DNA from: Anthoceros angustus
Taxonomy: Eukaryota > Plantae > Anthocerotophyta
Direction: 5' to 3'
DNA length: 64,000 bases
Assembly (NCBI GenBank): GCA_010909165.1
Contig: VJWM01000016.1
Coordinates: 124,001-188,000 of the forward strand
Each line of letters starts with the position of its first letter. Position 1 is the stretch's first letter. Positions 60,102 through 64,000 of the stretch are shown here, one piece after another. The position numbers and the translations under genes were made by a program. Below the pieces are notes generated by a model, which ran no database searches, was not told the origin of the DNA, and saw only the letters and a list, made by a program, of their open reading frames with translations.

Positions 60102-61299
60102 CGCAAAATATAATGTAACAATGACGCATAGTGGCCTGGAATCACGTGTGGTCCTTTTAGCCAAAGCGTTATAAAATACATTATAATGAACCTTACTTTT
60201 TAACGTGGCAACCTTATCGATTGCCATGGAATGCCCGGTGGCCGGGTGGTGGGCAAGTTATCCGGTGCAGCCCCGGTATGCCTATAACCGGGTATGGTAT
60301 GGGCGGCCAGCGGACGGGTCCCCAGTTGCCACCGTGGCCCCGTTCGTGGGCCCGTTGTGCGGTTCGTGACGGGCACCGGTCTGGCCCGGCCCGTCATAGA
60401 ATCTCGGGTCACCGGGCCAGACCCGTTTTCCCTCTTTCCCGCTGGCGGTTGAATTCAAAAAGCTGGCTTCTTGGTAAGAGCGTATTTGATTGTCCTGGTT
60501 TGACCGTCCAACAACATGATGTCAGGCGGCTGTTCATTGGTGCGCAAACACACTCCATGATGGGCCTTGATTGGTGAAATAGATCAGAAAATGGTGGATG
60601 TTCATTGGTGACTGCACAATCAATTCTGATTGGCGTTCTGACAATACCCTAGTTGGCTTTACACCGCGAAAACCATGCCCTTCACGCTTCAAGAATGTAC
60701 TGATTGAATGTGTCTGACGATGCTTTCAACCGGATTTGAAATTTGAACGGGTTTCTACAAGCTCATTTATGCATTGATTAAACTATAATAATTACATGAA
60801 ATCGTGATTACGGTAAAACCATACACGCCCGCACTAATCCACGCTCACTAGTTCTATGCATACCGAGAAAGCAGAAATGGTGGCTCTGCCCCCTTCGACC
60901 TCTTCATGCGGCCCTGCCCTCCTTCCCTCCCATCACGCTTGCGCCGACTTTGGTTACCTCCTTCCAAGCGGCGAACAGGTGGTGCATTGGCCCGTCCCTG
61001 GTCATTGACATCCCCCTTTCAGAAACAGTATGTTGACATGGATGGCAGAGCGCAAACAGCTTTAAATTACGCTCAAGTTCTAACGAATGGACAGAACAGA
61101 AGTGCTAGCATGTCATCACTCCTTACTTCCTCCAGTCTTTCTCGCTGTATCGATGCCCCTCTGCATTCAGGCAAGGGGGAATCAAGCATCGCACTCTGCA
61201 CATGCCCCAAACTAGATATCAGATCTTGCAGCCTCAAAAATACTAAGCTTCTCCACGACTTCATAGTGACACGAAATTAAAAGCTGCGCATATGATGGT

Positions 61300-64000
61300 G
61301 CATGCTCAACGCCATGCTCAATTGATTTTTCGCCTCCCCAACCCCAAGCAAGATTGCCTACCTTTCCTCTCATCGCACTCCGTGTGATCCGCTTGTTAGA
61401 TCGGTGGTGGAGGAGATGGAGTCTGTCGTGTGTCCAACTCCTCACACACCTAGTTCGTCATCCGAATGGGAAGCCAAGCTCAAGGCGCATCTACAAGTCC
61501 AATGAGTAGACTCGATGCATGAGCACATAGGCGAGCCAACGGATTGCATTAAACATGAAACGATTGCTTACTTCCACACCTTCCTTCGCTAGAGGCACAG
61601 AAAGCTTCAATGTCTTCCATACCATGCTCCACGCTTCTTCAACGTGTGGGCATCTTGTGGAACTTGTGGTAAAAACTTCAAGTCCGGCCCCTCGTCCATA
61701 GGGGTTGCACCGCACCTTCATACTTAGCCACCGGGCCTCCGCCTTCATTTGTTGTGCCCTTGGCCACTCACCGTTGTTTTGATCAAGCACCGCACGAATT
61801 GAACGCTGCACGCCTCTTTGGACACACATTGCACAAATGTTTTCGTAATCACCACGTCTCAAAATCCACTGCCTAACTTCACCACAGCTAGGCGAATGAA
61901 TTTTTGGTCCGAGACCGGGAGAATTGCTTGTTGATGAAATCTCGGTTAATAGCTGGAAAACTCTCTGAATGATGTCAACGAGTTACATGCAGCTCGGTGA
62001 ATGCTCGACCATGGTTTCAGCAAAGTCATACGTGTGTGCACTAGCTCGAGACTCGTTTACAAGCACGCCTTGCTCCATGATCAACTTCCCAAACATATCA
62101 TCCCTAGCTACTTTGCGGGCATGTCGCATCCTCACTACACACCGTCTCGCCTCCAAACGTGGCCCTCCCATGCAATTTCACACAAGTCCCGAGCACATCT
62201 TCAAGGTGTGCACTCGTGAGAGACACGCCAGGTGTGTGCACTCTCCCCTCTGCCGACTTCACTGCCATTAGGGAGGAACGTTGCTTCCACATGTGTTCAA
62301 TGTCCGGGCTCAAACTCGGTGCCCATAGCTCCCTCCTGACCAAACCATCCAACCTTGGTGTCGCCCAGCACCGACTCATCGTCTCCCGGCGTGTGCCTTG
62401 ACCCGCATGGACCGCAATCATCGAGGTGCACCGACCCTCCTCGGCTGATTCTCCACCCATGATAGGAGCCCTCCTCCGATCTCCACCCACTCATGGGCCA
62501 TGTCGATTACGAGAAATCCCTACAAGATACCACACAAACCGGAGAAAAATGGCATTGTGTTGCTCAAGAAGAGGTAGTAGTCACAAATGAGAGAGATGCC
62601 TCACAATTGAGCCCTCCGTGGGAGGCGATGAATGACAATTTGTGGTGCCGCTGCCATCTATGATGTACTGCATTGTCCGTCTCCCCATTTGTATGAGTGG
62701 CCTGCTCCGGGCAGGGCAAATCCCTCTGCTGGAACCCGATCAGGGCCATGTTTTGACCCCAATCCCGACGTCACGATCCACCTTAACCCCTTCTCCACTG
62801 CTCTCGCTAGTTTCTTCCACAGGCGCTCATCGTCCGGCGCTCTGCGGTCCCTGCGCAGCCCACAGACTAAGTCGAACATTCATGGTTAGAACCGCCCCTG
62901 GTTGCACGTACTCCCCGCCATCTGTTGTCATGGGCACGATTCGCCACGACCGCAATTTCCACGCCCCGGCTTGATTGCCGACATCCTGCGGCGATGCTCA
63001 TCGCGTTCCTCCCTATCCGTTTGTTTGGGTGCATGCGCACTATCGACATCAAGCATTGCACCATCCTTTTCCCTCCTCACGGGCCCCGCAAATGTGTTCG
63101 TACATGTAGCGGTCGGACAATAGCCGCCATCGGCCGGGCGGTGCATCGGCAAATAACGCCTTGATGGGTACTTTCACGTTTTGGCGGGGGGCGTTGCGTC
63201 ACCATCAACCCTATGCCGACTACAAATACTCTGCATGCGGTGGTGATGGCAATCGTGCTGACGTTTTGGGTGCCTCCCGACCAAGGCACGAAGCGATTAT
63301 ATAATCCGGTGAACTACTTAGTTTAGGTATATCCACTCCTTGTGATTTTCCTTGACCACACATCACACCGCTTGACAACTCGAGTCGTCCTCTTGCATGC
63401 GCGATGCCTTATTCCAGCTTGCACATGACTTTGAGCACGCCATGGCGAACTTCGTTGTCACTCGGAGTTCTCGGACACGTGGCGCTATCCCAATGGTAAC
63501 CGTTTCCCATAAGAAGGATGCATCGACCCCTCTTTTCCAAGCATTCACTCTCTTGCTCGATTTCGGGTTCACGGAGGTGTGGAATTTGCACGTCTTCTCG
63601 AACCTTTATCCCAATTGGCTGCCAGTCGAGTTTGGGAGTTTGCTTGTTGCCACTTTGTTGTCACTTGTTGCGCCACCACAACTTAAATTCGTTTTGGCTT
63701 GTAATGTGTGTAGGGTCGGGTTGCGATTAACAGAGGACCATGGCTCACGTGGTGGGGCCAACATCCTGGATACCCTCCACATTACGAACGACCGGCATGA
63801 GTTTACAGCCCTCATCGGCCGGGCTCCCTCTCGCACCCTTTCTCTGGCGCTGATGGCTCTGTTCCACAAGCACGCGATAAGCAGCGTGTGAAGGCGGAGT
63901 GGAGATGTTTGAAAGGCGGACAAGTGTGTCCGAGGGTGAGGCGGCCCATGGGGGTAGTGGATTTCAAGGCCTACCGACTTCTCTGGCGAAGGAAAAAGCC
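61300..64000 (-). mobile_element. Highly degenerate non-LTR retrotransposon (LINE-like) remnant
   Basis: Collinear traces only: GKSQGVD (cf. KSPGxDG, ~63340), GCRQ (cf. GxRQG, ~62980), RFVW...WVEIGGGL (~62470-62540) and CPHVEEAW (zf-RVT-like, ~61640). No intact YADD. Confidence 0.35.

Noticed and set aside
63240-63930. PIF1/Helitron helicase (KSQG and GAR-like words)
   Set aside because: No other helicase motifs; the order of traces fits a decayed LINE better, though that is also weak.

Overview
Eukaryotic nuclear DNA from a land plant, most likely a hornwort. The taxonomic call is an inference from 104-aa P-LL-S PPR triplets and WW-type 'PGxSWWTD' boxes. The first ~41 kb hold an sn-2 GPAT, two long PLS-E PPR editing-factor genes, a MYND zinc-finger/DUF4470-like gene and an intronless GBP-like GTPase. 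These appear as several near-identical, frameshifted or scrambled copies joined at 7-11 bp microhomologies, which is most likely an assembly or polishing artefact laid over some real tandem duplication. 41-46 kb is clean, with a two-domain sulfurtransferase, KXD1 and a CAD. 46-64 kb is tandem repeats and decayed transposons. Top candidates: (1) the PPR genes carry an N-terminal OSB-type 'PDF' ssDNA-binding motif and end at a WW-type PG box with no deaminase; (2) one sits head-to-head, and is co-duplicated, with a fungal-looking MYND-DUF4470 gene (HGT candidate). Family assignments are from remembered motifs; no database search was run.
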